Origin: Candidatus Giovannonibacteria bacterium RIFCSPHIGHO2_01_FULL_45_24
GTDB taxonomy: Bacteria > Patescibacteriota > Minisyncoccia > UBA11713 > 2-01-FULL-45-33
Direction of reading: 5' to 3'
Length of the DNA stretch: 64,000 nucleotides
NCBI GenBank assembly: GCA_001778495.1
Contig: MFHE01000014.1
Coordinates: 8,409 to 72,408, forward strand
Part shown: positions 10,301 to 19,752 of the stretch, one piece after another
How the letters are laid out: every line of letters begins with the position of its first letter
How positions within the stretch are numbered: the stretch's first letter is position 1
Notes under the pieces: generated by a model
Seen by the model: only the letters and a program-made list of their open reading frames with translations
Told to the model about the DNA's origin: nothing
Databases searched by the model: none
Position numbers and translations under genes: made by a program

Positions 10301-11488
10301 CTATATTTTATGCAACTCTTCCCTGGCAACTTCCCTGTCGTCCCACGGGATTTTTGTCCCATTTGGGCCCATGAGCCAGGGCTCGGCGCCTTTGCCGGTG
10401 ATGATGACTGTGTCGCCCGGCTCTGCGGATTTTATTGCCTCGCGAATGGCTTCTCTTCTATCTAAAATTTTCTGGAGCTTGTTTTTTTGCGCGATGCCCC
10501 GCTCAACGTCATTCAAAATCTCTTCCGGATTCTCGTCGTAAGGATCCTCGTTAGTCAAAATGATTTTTTTGCAAAATCTGCCAGCGATTTTCCCCATCTC
10601 CGGCCGCTTCCATTTGTCGCGTCCGCCTCCGGCCGAACCCAAAACGCAAACCGAATTTCCGCCCAAAGTTTCGTAAATTTTTTCCAGCGCGTCCGGCGTA
10701 TGGGCGTAATCAACCACAACCGCAAAAGGTTCTCGTTGGACAAATTCCAGCCGCCCCGGCACGCCTTCTACTTTTTCCAGCGCGCTTTTTATCGCCGTAA
10801 AATCAACGCCTAAAAGTTTTGCAGCATGATACGCCGCGACGGCGTTTTCCAGATTAAAATCTCCCAAAAGCTTAAGGCGAATCCCGGGCGGCAAGTCTTT
10901 CTTCGTGTAAACTATCCGGTCGCGCGCGGGGATTTTCAGAAAATAATCAATTGAAGGGTCCTCGCCGTTTAAAATATGTATTTTTGCTTTTTTGAAAAGC
11001 TCGGCTTTGGCGGCGCGGTAATTATCAAAACTTCCGTGCGACTCTATGTGCTCCGGAGTGACATTGGTCAGGACCGCCATGTAAAAACCAATGCCTGTGT
11101 GCCGGAATTGCTTTATTCCTTCCGATGTCACTTCAATCACGGCGTATTCGCAGCCGGCGCCGACAGCGTCCCTCAAAAATTTTTGCAGTTTGAATCTGCC
11201 GGGCATTGTCATCTTAAGCGTATTTTTCCGCTCCTGCCCGTTTACGCGGAATCTCAACGAAGAAACCGACGCGGTTTTTTCTCCGGCTTCTTCCAAAATC
11301 GCCGTGATTAGGTGCACCACCGTGGATTTGCCGTTGGTCCCAGTAACTCCGACGACTTTTAATTTTCGCGACGGGAAATTATACAGCAGAGCCGCCAACC
11401 AAGCTAAACACTTGTGATAATGCGGCTGCAATGCCCCAAAAATTGGTTTGGGAATCAGCCGCTTGATAAAATTCAAAGGCGCCTCCAT
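10301..11488 (-). CDS. murE: Mur ligase family enzyme, MurE-like (short N-terminus)
   Basis: P-loop GVTGTNGKST and the DYAHTPDAL signature. At 395 aa it is shorter than classical MurE. Confidence 0.7.
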   Translation of the reverse strand: MEAPLNFIKRLIPKPIFGALQPHYHKCLAWLAALLYNFPSRKLKVVGVTGTNGKSTVVHLITAILEEAGEKTASVSSLRFRVNGQERKNTLKMTMPGRFKLQKFLRDAVGAGCEYAVIEVTSEGIKQFRHTGIGFYMAVLTNVTPEHIESHGSFDNYRAAKAELFKKAKIHILNGEDPSIDYFLKIPARDRIVYTKKDLPPGIRLKLLGDFNLENAVAAYHAAKLLGVDFTAIKSALEKVEGVPGRLEFVQREPFAVVVDYAHTPDALEKIYETLGGNSVCVLGSAGGGRDKWKRPEMGKIAGRFCKKIILTNEDPYDENPEEILNDVERGIAQKNKLQKILDRREAIREAIKSAEPGDTVIITGKGAEPWLMGPNGTKIPWDDREVAREELHKI

Positions 11489-11489
11489 T

Positions 11490-12062
11490 CTATTTTCCTA
11501 GCATTTTCAGCGCTTCTTTCAATCTTTTCTCGCGCCCTTTGACCGAAGCAGGAACTTTTTGCAAAATCTCGCGCGACTCTCTTTGGGAATAGCCCAAGGC
11601 CAAAAGCGCATCTAAAATGTCGGTGTCTTCTTTAAACTCGTCCCCAACGTAGCCGACTTTCCCGAATCCAAATTTGTCTTTGAGCTCCAAAACTATTTTT
11701 TCCGCGGTTTTCCGCCCGATCCCGGAAACTTTCGTCAGATAAGAAGTGTCGCCGGAGGATATCGCGCGCTTTAGTGAATCAACCGGCGCCAAAGACAAAA
11801 CCCCCAAAGCCGACTTGGGGCCGATGCCCGAAATTGAAATCAGAGATTCAAAAAATTCCAACTCGCTCTGGTGCGAAAATCCGTAAAGCTCCAGCGCGCC
11901 TTCTTTTACGTGCAGATGCGTCCAAAGCGCTGCCTTTTCTCCAGCAGATAAATTTTTATAAGAAGACGCGGCGACAAAAATTTTATATCCCGCCCCGCCG
12001 ACATCCAAAATAACATGCCGCTCCCCTTTGAATATAATCTTGCCTTCCAGGTGCCCAATCAT
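11490..12062 (-). CDS. ruvA: Holliday junction DNA helicase subunit RuvA
   Basis: MIGHLEGKI...ILDVGGAGYKI and HhH motifs GIGPKSA / GIGRKTAEKI. I place the start at the internal Met (12062). Confidence 0.9.
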   Translation of the reverse strand: MIGHLEGKIIFKGERHVILDVGGAGYKIFVAASSYKNLSAGEKAALWTHLHVKEGALELYGFSHQSELEFFESLISISGIGPKSALGVLSLAPVDSLKRAISSGDTSYLTKVSGIGRKTAEKIVLELKDKFGFGKVGYVGDEFKEDTDILDALLALGYSQRESREILQKVPASVKGREKRLKEALKMLGK

Positions 12063-12082
12063 TACTATTACTATACTACAAA

Positions 12083-13996
12083 ATGCCTTCATTTAAACTT
12101 CACGGGTCCTATAAACCGGCCGGAGATCAGCCAAGGGCGACTGGTGAATTGACCCAACTTCTAAAATCTAACAACCGACACCAAACTTTGCTGGGCGTCA
12201 CCGGCTCGGGAAAAACTTTTACGATGGCGAATGTAATCGCGAATTTAAGCCGCCCGGCCTTGGTAATTTCACACAACAAAACCTTAGCCGCCCAGCTTTA
12301 TCAGGAATTCAAAACTTTTTTCCCGGAAAATGCCGTGCATTATTTTGTTTCCTACTACGATTACTACCAGCCGGAAGCTTACATGCCGCAAACAGATACT
12401 TATATAGAAAAAGATGCCCGCATCAACGATTTTATAGACGCCATGCGCCACGCGACCACCGCTACAGCGCTTACGCGCAGGGATTTTGTAATCGTCGCGT
12501 CGGTTTCGTGCATCTACGGCATCGGCGATCCGGTTGAATATGAAAAAGCGGCGCTTGAGGTAAAAGAGGGTATGCAGATTTCACAGCGCGCCTTTTTGAA
12601 AAAATTAGTTGAAATGCAATACGAAAGAAATGATTATGACCAAAGAGCTGGAGTTTTTAAAGTTCGCGGAGAAGCGGTGGATATCGCGGCGCCATCGGGA
12701 GACACGGCGATTAAAATTGAATGGAATGGAAATAAAATAGAAAAAATAAGCGGGAGCGGAAAAATTTTTCCAGCCAAACACTTTATGACTCCGCAGGAAA
12801 AATTGGAGCTGGCGCTTTCTAACATAGAACTTGAACTGAAAACCAGAACCGCGGAGCTCAAAAAAGAAGGAAAATTATTGGAGGCGCAAAGAATCGCCAA
12901 GCGCACGAATTTTGATTTAAAAATGCTCCGGGAAACCGGCTACACGCACGGAATAGAAAATTATTCGCGCCAGCTCTCTTTCAGAAAAGCGGGCGAGCCG
13001 CCCTTTACGCTTTTGGACTACCTGCCGGACGACTTCGTAACATTCATTGACGAATCGCACATGACCATACCGCAAATCCGCGGGATGTATAGCGGCGACC
13101 GGGCGAGAAAACAGGTTTTGGTTGATTACGGCTTCCGCTTGCCATCGGCGATAGACAACCGGCCGCTGAAATTTGAAGAGTTCAATAAAAAAATCGGGCA
13201 GGCGGTTTATGTGTCGGCGACTCCGGCGGAGTATGAATTAAAACTCTCGCGCGAATACATTGTTGAGCAAATCATCCGCCCGACCGGGCTTTTGGACCCG
13301 CGCCTTGAAATCCGGCCGACGGCTAATCAGACGCGGGACGTCATCAATGAAATTCAAAAACGGGTCAAACAAAAACAGCGCGCGCTTGTAACCACGCTTA
13401 CAAAGCGCATGGCCGAAGATCTTGCCGATTTCTTAAAAGAAAACAAAATAAAAGCCGAATACATCCACTCGGATATAAAAACAATAGAAAGGCATAAAAT
13501 TTTAACCGACCTAAGAAGCGGCTCATTTGACGTGATTGTCGGAATAAATTTGCTCCGTGAAGGAATAGACTTGCCAGAGGTTTCGTTGGTCATTATTTTA
13601 GACGCGGATAAGGAAGGATTTTTGCGAAACACGCAAACTTTAATCCAGACAATCGGCCGCGCCGCGAGGCACACCCAAGGAACAGTAATAATGTACGCAG
13701 ACACGACTACCGGTTCAATGAAAAAAGCAGTTGAAGAAACCGAACGCAGGAGAAAAATTCAGGATGAATATAATAAAAAGAACGGCATTACGCCTCAACC
13801 TATTAAACGGGAAATTGGCGAAAATATCTTCGGCGAGGAGAGGAAGAAAATAAAATTTGACCTTACCAAAATGTCCAAACAAATGTCAGGAGAAAAACTA
13901 AAGCAGGAACTTGAAGAAGAAATGCTGGAGGCCGCGAAATTGCTGGATTTTGAAAAAGCGGCACAATATAGGGATTTATTGAAAACTCTTCTGTAA
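12083..13996 (+). CDS. uvrB: Excinuclease ABC subunit B
   Basis: 637 aa. YKPAGDQPRA, GVTGSGKTFT, YYDYYQPEAY, and a C-terminal UVR motif FEKAAQYRDLL. Confidence 0.96.
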   Translation: MPSFKLHGSYKPAGDQPRATGELTQLLKSNNRHQTLLGVTGSGKTFTMANVIANLSRPALVISHNKTLAAQLYQEFKTFFPENAVHYFVSYYDYYQPEAYMPQTDTYIEKDARINDFIDAMRHATTATALTRRDFVIVASVSCIYGIGDPVEYEKAALEVKEGMQISQRAFLKKLVEMQYERNDYDQRAGVFKVRGEAVDIAAPSGDTAIKIEWNGNKIEKISGSGKIFPAKHFMTPQEKLELALSNIELELKTRTAELKKEGKLLEAQRIAKRTNFDLKMLRETGYTHGIENYSRQLSFRKAGEPPFTLLDYLPDDFVTFIDESHMTIPQIRGMYSGDRARKQVLVDYGFRLPSAIDNRPLKFEEFNKKIGQAVYVSATPAEYELKLSREYIVEQIIRPTGLLDPRLEIRPTANQTRDVINEIQKRVKQKQRALVTTLTKRMAEDLADFLKENKIKAEYIHSDIKTIERHKILTDLRSGSFDVIVGINLLREGIDLPEVSLVIILDADKEGFLRNTQTLIQTIGRAARHTQGTVIMYADTTTGSMKKAVEETERRRKIQDEYNKKNGITPQPIKREIGENIFGEERKKIKFDLTKMSKQMSGEKLKQELEEEMLEAAKLLDFEKAAQYRDLLKTLL

Positions 13997-14000
13997 AAAC

Positions 14001-14026
14001 CAGACCCACGATTAATCGTGGGTCTG
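14001..14026 (-). terminator. Perfect 26-nt palindrome between convergent genes (CAGACCCACGAT-TA-ATCGTGGGTCTG)
   Basis: Read directly. A T-run (GTTTTTAC) follows it only on the minus strand, so it best fits a terminator for 14043..14588. Confidence 0.7.
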
Positions 14027-14042
14027 AACAAGAACCAAGGAC

Positions 14043-14588
14043 TCAAGAACCCAAGGGCTCACTTGCGAGGACCGCAGACGGCTCGTTTGAGTTCCAGTCG
14101 TTCTCAAGCCAGCGCACGTACCAGTACCACCCGCTGCCCCCGAAATAGAGGTCAAGGACGTACTGGTGGCCGAACGGGACGCGAATGGTTGTGCCCGGAA
14201 AATCAACCCAGGCAATCCCCCTATTGGCCCTCAACCATTCCAGCGTTCGGTAGCCGGGCTCTTTATAAAGGGCGGCGCCGAAGCGGGCATCAAGCCGGAT
14301 GCGCCCGGCGGATTTGAGGCGTTTAAGTTTCTCCTTGCCCTTTATCAGACTTTCGCCTTTCTGGAGGCAGGTCTCAAAAAGGAGCTTCGAGAGCTCCACC
14401 TCCTTGAGTACGAGCGAACGCGCGTCTTGTTCTTCTTCCCCCTCGAGGCCATAGCCGTCAGATGGCCCACGCCAGATTGTATATCCCTTATCGATGAATT
14501 TGGCGGGGTCGAAAGGAACGGCTCGGATTATCTTCGACTTGTGGTGGGACTGACCGATAGTCACGGCTTTTCCCATAGAGCTAACCAT
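14043..14588 (-). CDS. Hypothetical protein in a visibly GC-richer patch
   Basis: The track ORF 14043..14762 would overlap the rpsT start, so I use the internal Met (MVSSMGKAV, 14588). The Trp/Tyr-rich C-terminus reads GWYWYVRWLENDW. No family recognised. Confidence 0.55.
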   Translation of the reverse strand: MVSSMGKAVTIGQSHHKSKIIRAVPFDPAKFIDKGYTIWRGPSDGYGLEGEEEQDARSLVLKEVELSKLLFETCLQKGESLIKGKEKLKRLKSAGRIRLDARFGAALYKEPGYRTLEWLRANRGIAWVDFPGTTIRVPFGHQYVLDLYFGGSGWYWYVRWLENDWNSNEPSAVLASEPLGS

Positions 14589-14739
14589 CCTTTCTTTTTT
14601 GTTTTGCGCTTGACCATTTCTCCGCCCGATTGCGAGGCGATGGCTGACGCAGTTTTTTAACTTCCAAGTGTTATTATATACCCTATATAATTTCTTGTCA
14701 AGTTTAAAATTTTGAGTGGTGATGATAGAATAAAAAAAT

Positions 14740-14973
14740 ATGCCAATAACTTCATCAGCCAAAAAAGCATTGAGGCAATCAGAAAGCCGGAGAACCAGAA
14801 ACCGGATTTGGAAAGAAAAATTAAAAGACGCCGTGAAAAAAGCTGTTCTTGATAAATCGCCCGCTTCCCTCTCCGCCGCCTACAAAGCCATAGATAAATC
14901 CGCCAAGAAAGGCCTCATCAAAAAAAACAAGGCCGCCCGGATGAAATCTCGCCTGGCCCGCCTAGCCCGCTAG
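14740..14973 (+). CDS. rpsT: 30S ribosomal protein S20
   Basis: 77 aa. MPITSSAKKALRQSESRRTRN is the canonical S20 N-terminus. Confidence 0.92.
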   Translation: MPITSSAKKALRQSESRRTRNRIWKEKLKDAVKKAVLDKSPASLSAAYKAIDKSAKKGLIKKNKAARMKSRLARLAR

Positions 14974-14983
14974 TCGAGGCTGG

Positions 14984-15814
14984 CTAAGCTTTTACTGCCA
15001 AAATAAATCTCTCCAAAATCTCGTAAGCATCTTTGGGGTCCCGGCGCATGGCGGATTCGGCTTGAATGCCCTTAAAATACGCATCCGCCATTCTCTTTTG
15101 CTTAAATTTCCAGAGGAGCGGATAAATAAGTCGTTGTAAATCTTGGCCGGAAACCTCGGCCTCTTTAAGCGCCAAAAGCGCGCGCGCAAGCGGCGCCGAT
15201 ACAAGTTTTTCAACAAAAAGGAATGGGCTTGCGGTCGTCGCCGCCCGGGAAAACATCCGATGTTTTTGACTTTCAGCATCGGATGTTGAGGAGGGCGGCG
15301 GCGCGAGCATTTTCTTCTCCAGTTCATTCTCCAACGCCCACTCTGCGCCTCCGCCAGCCTCCTCAATAATCGCCTCGCGTTCTTCTTTGCTGATTTTCAA
15401 ACCAAAACCCTGCGCTTTTTTTGAGAGCCACAAGTCCAGCTCCTTCGCGCCAAGCTTTTTGACTTCTTGAACGCGCTCCGCATATTTTTTAAAAAATGCT
15501 AGCGCAGATTTTTCCGTTTCTCTCTCCCAAAAAACAAAAATGTCGCGTGACTTCTGCAAAAAATCCCCGTTTTCTTTTAAAATTTTAAAAATCCTTTCGT
15601 TGGATTCTAAAACGTTCTTAAAAATAACCAATCTGGTTTTTGAGAACAAGCTGCTCTGCCCCAAAGCGGCGCGGAATTCTTCAGACGATAATTCTGCATC
15701 TCCGTCAAATTCTTCAACCAAAAAATTGGCTGGTTTTTTGTAAAACACGGATTTCAGTTCGTTGATTTTGCGGAGCGCTTGGTAAGAATTTGGCCCGAAA
15801 AGAAAATAAATCAT
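14984..15814 (-). CDS. holA: DNA polymerase III delta subunit-like protein
   Basis: 276 aa. The N-terminus IYFLFGPNSYQ plus the length and helical C-terminus resemble HolA. Similarity was judged by eye only. Confidence 0.55.
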   Translation of the reverse strand: MIYFLFGPNSYQALRKINELKSVFYKKPANFLVEEFDGDAELSSEEFRAALGQSSLFSKTRLVIFKNVLESNERIFKILKENGDFLQKSRDIFVFWERETEKSALAFFKKYAERVQEVKKLGAKELDLWLSKKAQGFGLKISKEEREAIIEEAGGGAEWALENELEKKMLAPPPSSTSDAESQKHRMFSRAATTASPFLFVEKLVSAPLARALLALKEAEVSGQDLQRLIYPLLWKFKQKRMADAYFKGIQAESAMRRDPKDAYEILERFILAVKA

Positions 15815-15816
15815 TA

Positions 15817-16773
15817 CTATTCAATAAAAATATTTTCTTTGGGCGGCTCCGGAATGAGATTCAGTTCAAAAGCTCTTTTTACAAGAGCGTTGTGTTCCTC
15901 CGGCAACCAAGCAAGAGGATAAATTGCCGGCAGACGCTCTTTCATCAAATTGATTTCTTCTGGCCGCTCAAGACCCAAAATACCTTTATATTCTTCTATC
16001 AACTGCGGATTTTTCCGAATGAAGATTGCTGCTTCCAAAACAGCTTCCCTTAAACGCTTAACTTTATTCGGATTTTGCGAAATCCAGTCTGCATGAGCCG
16101 CCAAATCCACAAACGGTATGACGGCAGAGCCGGTAATACCGCCCCATTCCCTGCTCAAATTGACTACTTCCCTATAATTGCCGGTTGCCAAAAAACGGGC
16201 AGTGGCAACGGCGTTTAAAAACGCTGCTTCTACTTCTCCGCCGGAAAGGCGCTGTTCATTTTGGGGAAACGAACCAAAAACTAGTCTAAAGTCGCGCTCT
16301 AAATCCAATCCCAACGTTTTCATCCCCACGGCGTGCATGGTGTAAGACGCACTTCCTTTAGGATGCATGGCAATTCTTGCTCCCTTAAGGTCCTCAAACT
16401 TATAGTATGGGGACGCGGCTTTCACCACCAAGGCCTGATTGGTCTGATAGGTAGACACAAACGCGCGCAGCTTTACGTTTTTAGCCTGATTGGTAATCGC
16501 AATTGACAGCGGATTTATAGTGCCGACCTCAACCCCGTCTATTTTTTCAATCAGGCGGCGCTCGGCTTCGGATGGAGGCGAAAAAAGCACGCCCAACTTC
16601 AACCCGTGTTTGGCGGCAATCCCTTTGTCCTGCAACACGGCTAGCAAAAATTTTAAGTTTTCGGCGTCTGCAAAACTGATTTTGACGGTTTCTATATTAT
16701 TCAAATCCCACCAGTACCACCCGGCGAACACTGCGGCGACTACGATTACTAAAATAATGATTTTTGCAAACAT
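15817..16773 (-). CDS. Periplasmic solute-binding protein (NMT1/THI5-like ABC substrate-binding fold)
   Basis: 318 aa. N-terminal TM anchor. Alternating-fold pattern with GLKLGV, IAMHPKGSASY and FLATGNYRE. Its start is 2 nt downstream of the response-regulator stop. Confidence 0.55.
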   Translation of the reverse strand: MFAKIIILVIVVAAVFAGWYWWDLNNIETVKISFADAENLKFLLAVLQDKGIAAKHGLKLGVLFSPPSEAERRLIEKIDGVEVGTINPLSIAITNQAKNVKLRAFVSTYQTNQALVVKAASPYYKFEDLKGARIAMHPKGSASYTMHAVGMKTLGLDLERDFRLVFGSFPQNEQRLSGGEVEAAFLNAVATARFLATGNYREVVNLSREWGGITGSAVIPFVDLAAHADWISQNPNKVKRLREAVLEAAIFIRKNPQLIEEYKGILGLERPEEINLMKERLPAIYPLAWLPEEHNALVKRAFELNLIPEPPKENIFIE

Positions 16774-16774
16774 A

Positions 16775-17608
16775 TTAAAAATACTTTTTTTTCAAAACGA
16801 CCTTTATTTTGGAAATTATTTCCCCCGGAGTAAAATGGGCCTTGACCATGAAATCCTCCGCCCCGCCCGAAACGGCCCGATCCATATCTTCTTTTTGCCC
16901 AAGATTTGAAAGCACGATTATAGGTATTGAAGATGTGTCTTTGTCGCTTTTCATGCGGCGCAACACTTCAAAACCATCCACGCCAGGTAAAATCAGGTCA
17001 AGCAAAATAAGGTCCGGATGACGCTCTTTGGCCATTTTCAGCCCTTCTTCGCCGTCAACCGCCTCAAATGTGGCGAATCCTTCTTTTTGGAGCTTTTGAA
17101 TGATTAGGTCTCTCAAAAACTTATCGTCCTCAACCGCCAAAATTTTTACTTTTCCGGATTGCGCTCCCCCGTTCATTTTCCGCGGCGCCGGCACTTTTGG
17201 CTCGGCCTGCTTTTGATAATCATTTTTCCTCTGCTCTCCGGGCGCGCCCAACACTTTTTCCACCTTACCCAAAACGTCAGCCGGATTGAACTCTGCCTTA
17301 ACCAAATAATCTCTCGCGCCGAGTTTCAGCGCCTTATCTACCTCAACCGGCTGTCCCGAATTGGACACAATTATAATCGGGGTGGTTATTTTGTCGTTTT
17401 TTAAACGCTCCAAAACCTGAAAGCCGTCCATCTTCGGCAAAATTATGTCCAAAAGCGCCAAATCCGGTTTTTCTTCTTTAATCATGCGATAGCCCGTTTC
17501 GCCGTCGGTCGCGACTAAAACTCGGTAACCCTCGTATTCCAGCTTGGCTTTCATTACGTTCAAATGAACTGGTTCATCTTCTATAATCAAAACTTTATAG
17601 TTAGCCAT
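16775..17608 (-). CDS. Response regulator with two receiver domains and no output domain
   Basis: Two REC repeats: VLIIEDEP...LALLDIILPKMDG and ILAVEDDK...LILLDLILPGVDG. They are joined by a ~35-aa linker. No HTH or enzymatic domain is visible. Confidence 0.85.
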   Translation of the reverse strand: MANYKVLIIEDEPVHLNVMKAKLEYEGYRVLVATDGETGYRMIKEEKPDLALLDIILPKMDGFQVLERLKNDKITTPIIIVSNSGQPVEVDKALKLGARDYLVKAEFNPADVLGKVEKVLGAPGEQRKNDYQKQAEPKVPAPRKMNGGAQSGKVKILAVEDDKFLRDLIIQKLQKEGFATFEAVDGEEGLKMAKERHPDLILLDLILPGVDGFEVLRRMKSDKDTSSIPIIVLSNLGQKEDMDRAVSGGAEDFMVKAHFTPGEIISKIKVVLKKKYF

Positions 17609-17626
17609 AAGCGGATTATACCATAC

Positions 17627-19726
17627 TTAAATCGTTTCCAAAAACTCCTCCAATGGCGGGTTTTCCTCCGCGGGCACCAGTTCTTTTTTGAGAGGAAGAG
17701 TGAAAGTAAAAACCGTGCCGCCGCCCTCTTTGGAGTTAAAAGTCGTGTCGCCGCCATGACGCTTGATAATATTGTGCACGATAAAAAGGCCCAGCCCGGT
17801 GCCCTCGGTTTCCATTTTAATCACGTTGGAGGCGCGGAAAAATTTTGAAAAAACCCTTTTTTGCTCCGAAATAGGTATGCCCACTCCCGTGTCGGAGATG
17901 CTTATCACCGCGTAGTTGTTCGCTTTCTCAATCCTCACCAAAACCTCGCCTCCGGCCACGGTATATTTAATGGCGTTGTCCAACAGATTATTAATCGCCA
18001 AAGACAATTTTTCCGAATCGGCGTAAATCTGCGGCAGAGCTCCGTCTATTTTCTCAAATTTCAGATTTACAGATTTCCTTTTTGCCAAATCTGCGTAGTT
18101 TTGGACCGCGCCCTCAAGGAATTTGTCCAAATTGATTTCCTGAAAGTCGTATCCGAATTTTCCTTCTTCTATGCGGGCGGCGTTCAGGAGGTCGTTGACC
18201 AGTTTAATCATTCTCTCGTTGGTTTCATAACCCTTAGAGAGAAAATCCGACTGTTCTTTGGAAAGCGCGCCAGCGTCTCCCTCCAACAGCAAGCGCAACG
18301 TCCATTTGATAGCCGACAAGGGCGTGCGCAGCTGATGCGCGGCAACGGAGACAAATTCGGACTTGATCCGGCCCAAAAGTCTTTCGCGCGAAACGTCATG
18401 CAAAATCTTGAGAAATCCGCGGACGTTTCCCGCCCGGTCAACTACGTGGGTCATCGTCACCAGCAACTTCAATTCCGGAGCGGAAGTGTGAACCTCCATA
18501 GTTTTAGCGGACGGGGAGCCGGGGGTGGACTTAACGCTGGAAGCGTAAGGCGCCAAAGCCGGATACATCAGCTCCACCAGCCCTTTAAACTTCTCGTTGG
18601 TTTTGGCAAATTCCGGAGTTACGGACGCGCCGCTGACGTCCGCGAATTTAATTCCAAGAAGCTCCTCGGCTTTCGGATTCATTAAAACAACTTGTGATTT
18701 GTCGTTGTACTCTATGACGCCGTCGGAAAGACTGTTTAAAATCGCCTCGCGCTGGTTGCGCTCGGCGTAGAAAAGAGTCGCCGCTTTTATTAAATTGAAA
18801 TAATTCCACACCAAAAGCAAAAGCAGTAAAATCTCCAGCCCGAAAGAAACAATTGCCGCTGAAAGTATGCGCCGGGAAGAGGCAAGGGCCTGCGACCTGG
18901 AATTTTCAGCCACTATTGCCCAGCCGGTCAGTTCAAACGGCAATGCTACAGCGAAAACTTTTTCATTTTGCTCGTTTAAATAAATCAAATCTCCGGAGCG
19001 CGTATCCGCCTCGCGCCCTGCCAGAGCGCTTAAAACCAGCTTCCTCTGCAGGACATTGGTCCTGCCAAAAACTAAAGACGAGTTTGGGTGCGCTATGATA
19101 TATCCGTCACGGTCCACCACGTAAGCGGCCTCTCCTCCCAGCGAAGAACCGGCGCTTACCCTGCGCACGACGTCCAGTAGAAATTGCAGATTGACTTCGG
19201 CAACCAGCGCAGAATACCCCGATTTTCTATCCAGCGGGACCGCTATTGTAATCAACGGCTCCGACGCTCCGGATATCAAAACCGGACTGCGGTAAATATC
19301 CCCTCGCGAAACCGCCAAAAAAAGCTCATCAACCGAACGGTCTCTAAAATCAGAGGGCGTGACGAGAAGAAACCGGTGGCTTTTCGTCTTTTCCCTGCCA
19401 TCCAGCCCCAGAATGCTTACGGATGCAAACGGCTGATTTTCCTTCATCAGGCGCGAGATAAGTTCCGGCTTTGAAGCGCTGCCGTGGTCGATAATGTCCA
19501 CGGCGTTTTTTAAAGCATTTTCGTGGCGCTCCAGAAAAGCGCCGATTTGGTTTTTTACGTCAATCGCTATCGCGCGGTGCAGGGCGTACGCGCCGTTATC
19601 CAACTCGCGCAACGTCGGAAAAAGCCATGCCGCGTTCGCCGCAATCAGCGCGGAAATCGCGATGCCGCCCAACACCCAAAGCTGGGATCTCCGCCCTAAA
19701 AAAAATTCGTTTAAGCTCTGCTGCAT
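17627..19726 (-). CDS. Sensor histidine kinase (extracytoplasmic Cache-like domain, TM, PAS, HisKA, HATPase_c)
   Basis: H-box AAHQLRTPLSAI, N-box LLDNAIKYT, G1 DTGVGI, G2 GTGLGL. Two TM segments bracket a ~260-aa domain containing VVDRDGYIIAHPN. Confidence 0.9.
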   Translation of the reverse strand: MQQSLNEFFLGRRSQLWVLGGIAISALIAANAAWLFPTLRELDNGAYALHRAIAIDVKNQIGAFLERHENALKNAVDIIDHGSASKPELISRLMKENQPFASVSILGLDGREKTKSHRFLLVTPSDFRDRSVDELFLAVSRGDIYRSPVLISGASEPLITIAVPLDRKSGYSALVAEVNLQFLLDVVRRVSAGSSLGGEAAYVVDRDGYIIAHPNSSLVFGRTNVLQRKLVLSALAGREADTRSGDLIYLNEQNEKVFAVALPFELTGWAIVAENSRSQALASSRRILSAAIVSFGLEILLLLLLVWNYFNLIKAATLFYAERNQREAILNSLSDGVIEYNDKSQVVLMNPKAEELLGIKFADVSGASVTPEFAKTNEKFKGLVELMYPALAPYASSVKSTPGSPSAKTMEVHTSAPELKLLVTMTHVVDRAGNVRGFLKILHDVSRERLLGRIKSEFVSVAAHQLRTPLSAIKWTLRLLLEGDAGALSKEQSDFLSKGYETNERMIKLVNDLLNAARIEEGKFGYDFQEINLDKFLEGAVQNYADLAKRKSVNLKFEKIDGALPQIYADSEKLSLAINNLLDNAIKYTVAGGEVLVRIEKANNYAVISISDTGVGIPISEQKRVFSKFFRASNVIKMETEGTGLGLFIVHNIIKRHGGDTTFNSKEGGGTVFTFTLPLKKELVPAEENPPLEEFLETI

Positions 19727-19752
19727 TTGCTTTACTTACGCCCCCAATTATA

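Noticed and set aside
17861-18685. 274-aa plus-strand ORF
   Set aside because: It is antisense to the histidine kinase, whose H/N/G boxes are unambiguous. The product is Arg/Gln/Phe-rich and has a non-protein-like composition.
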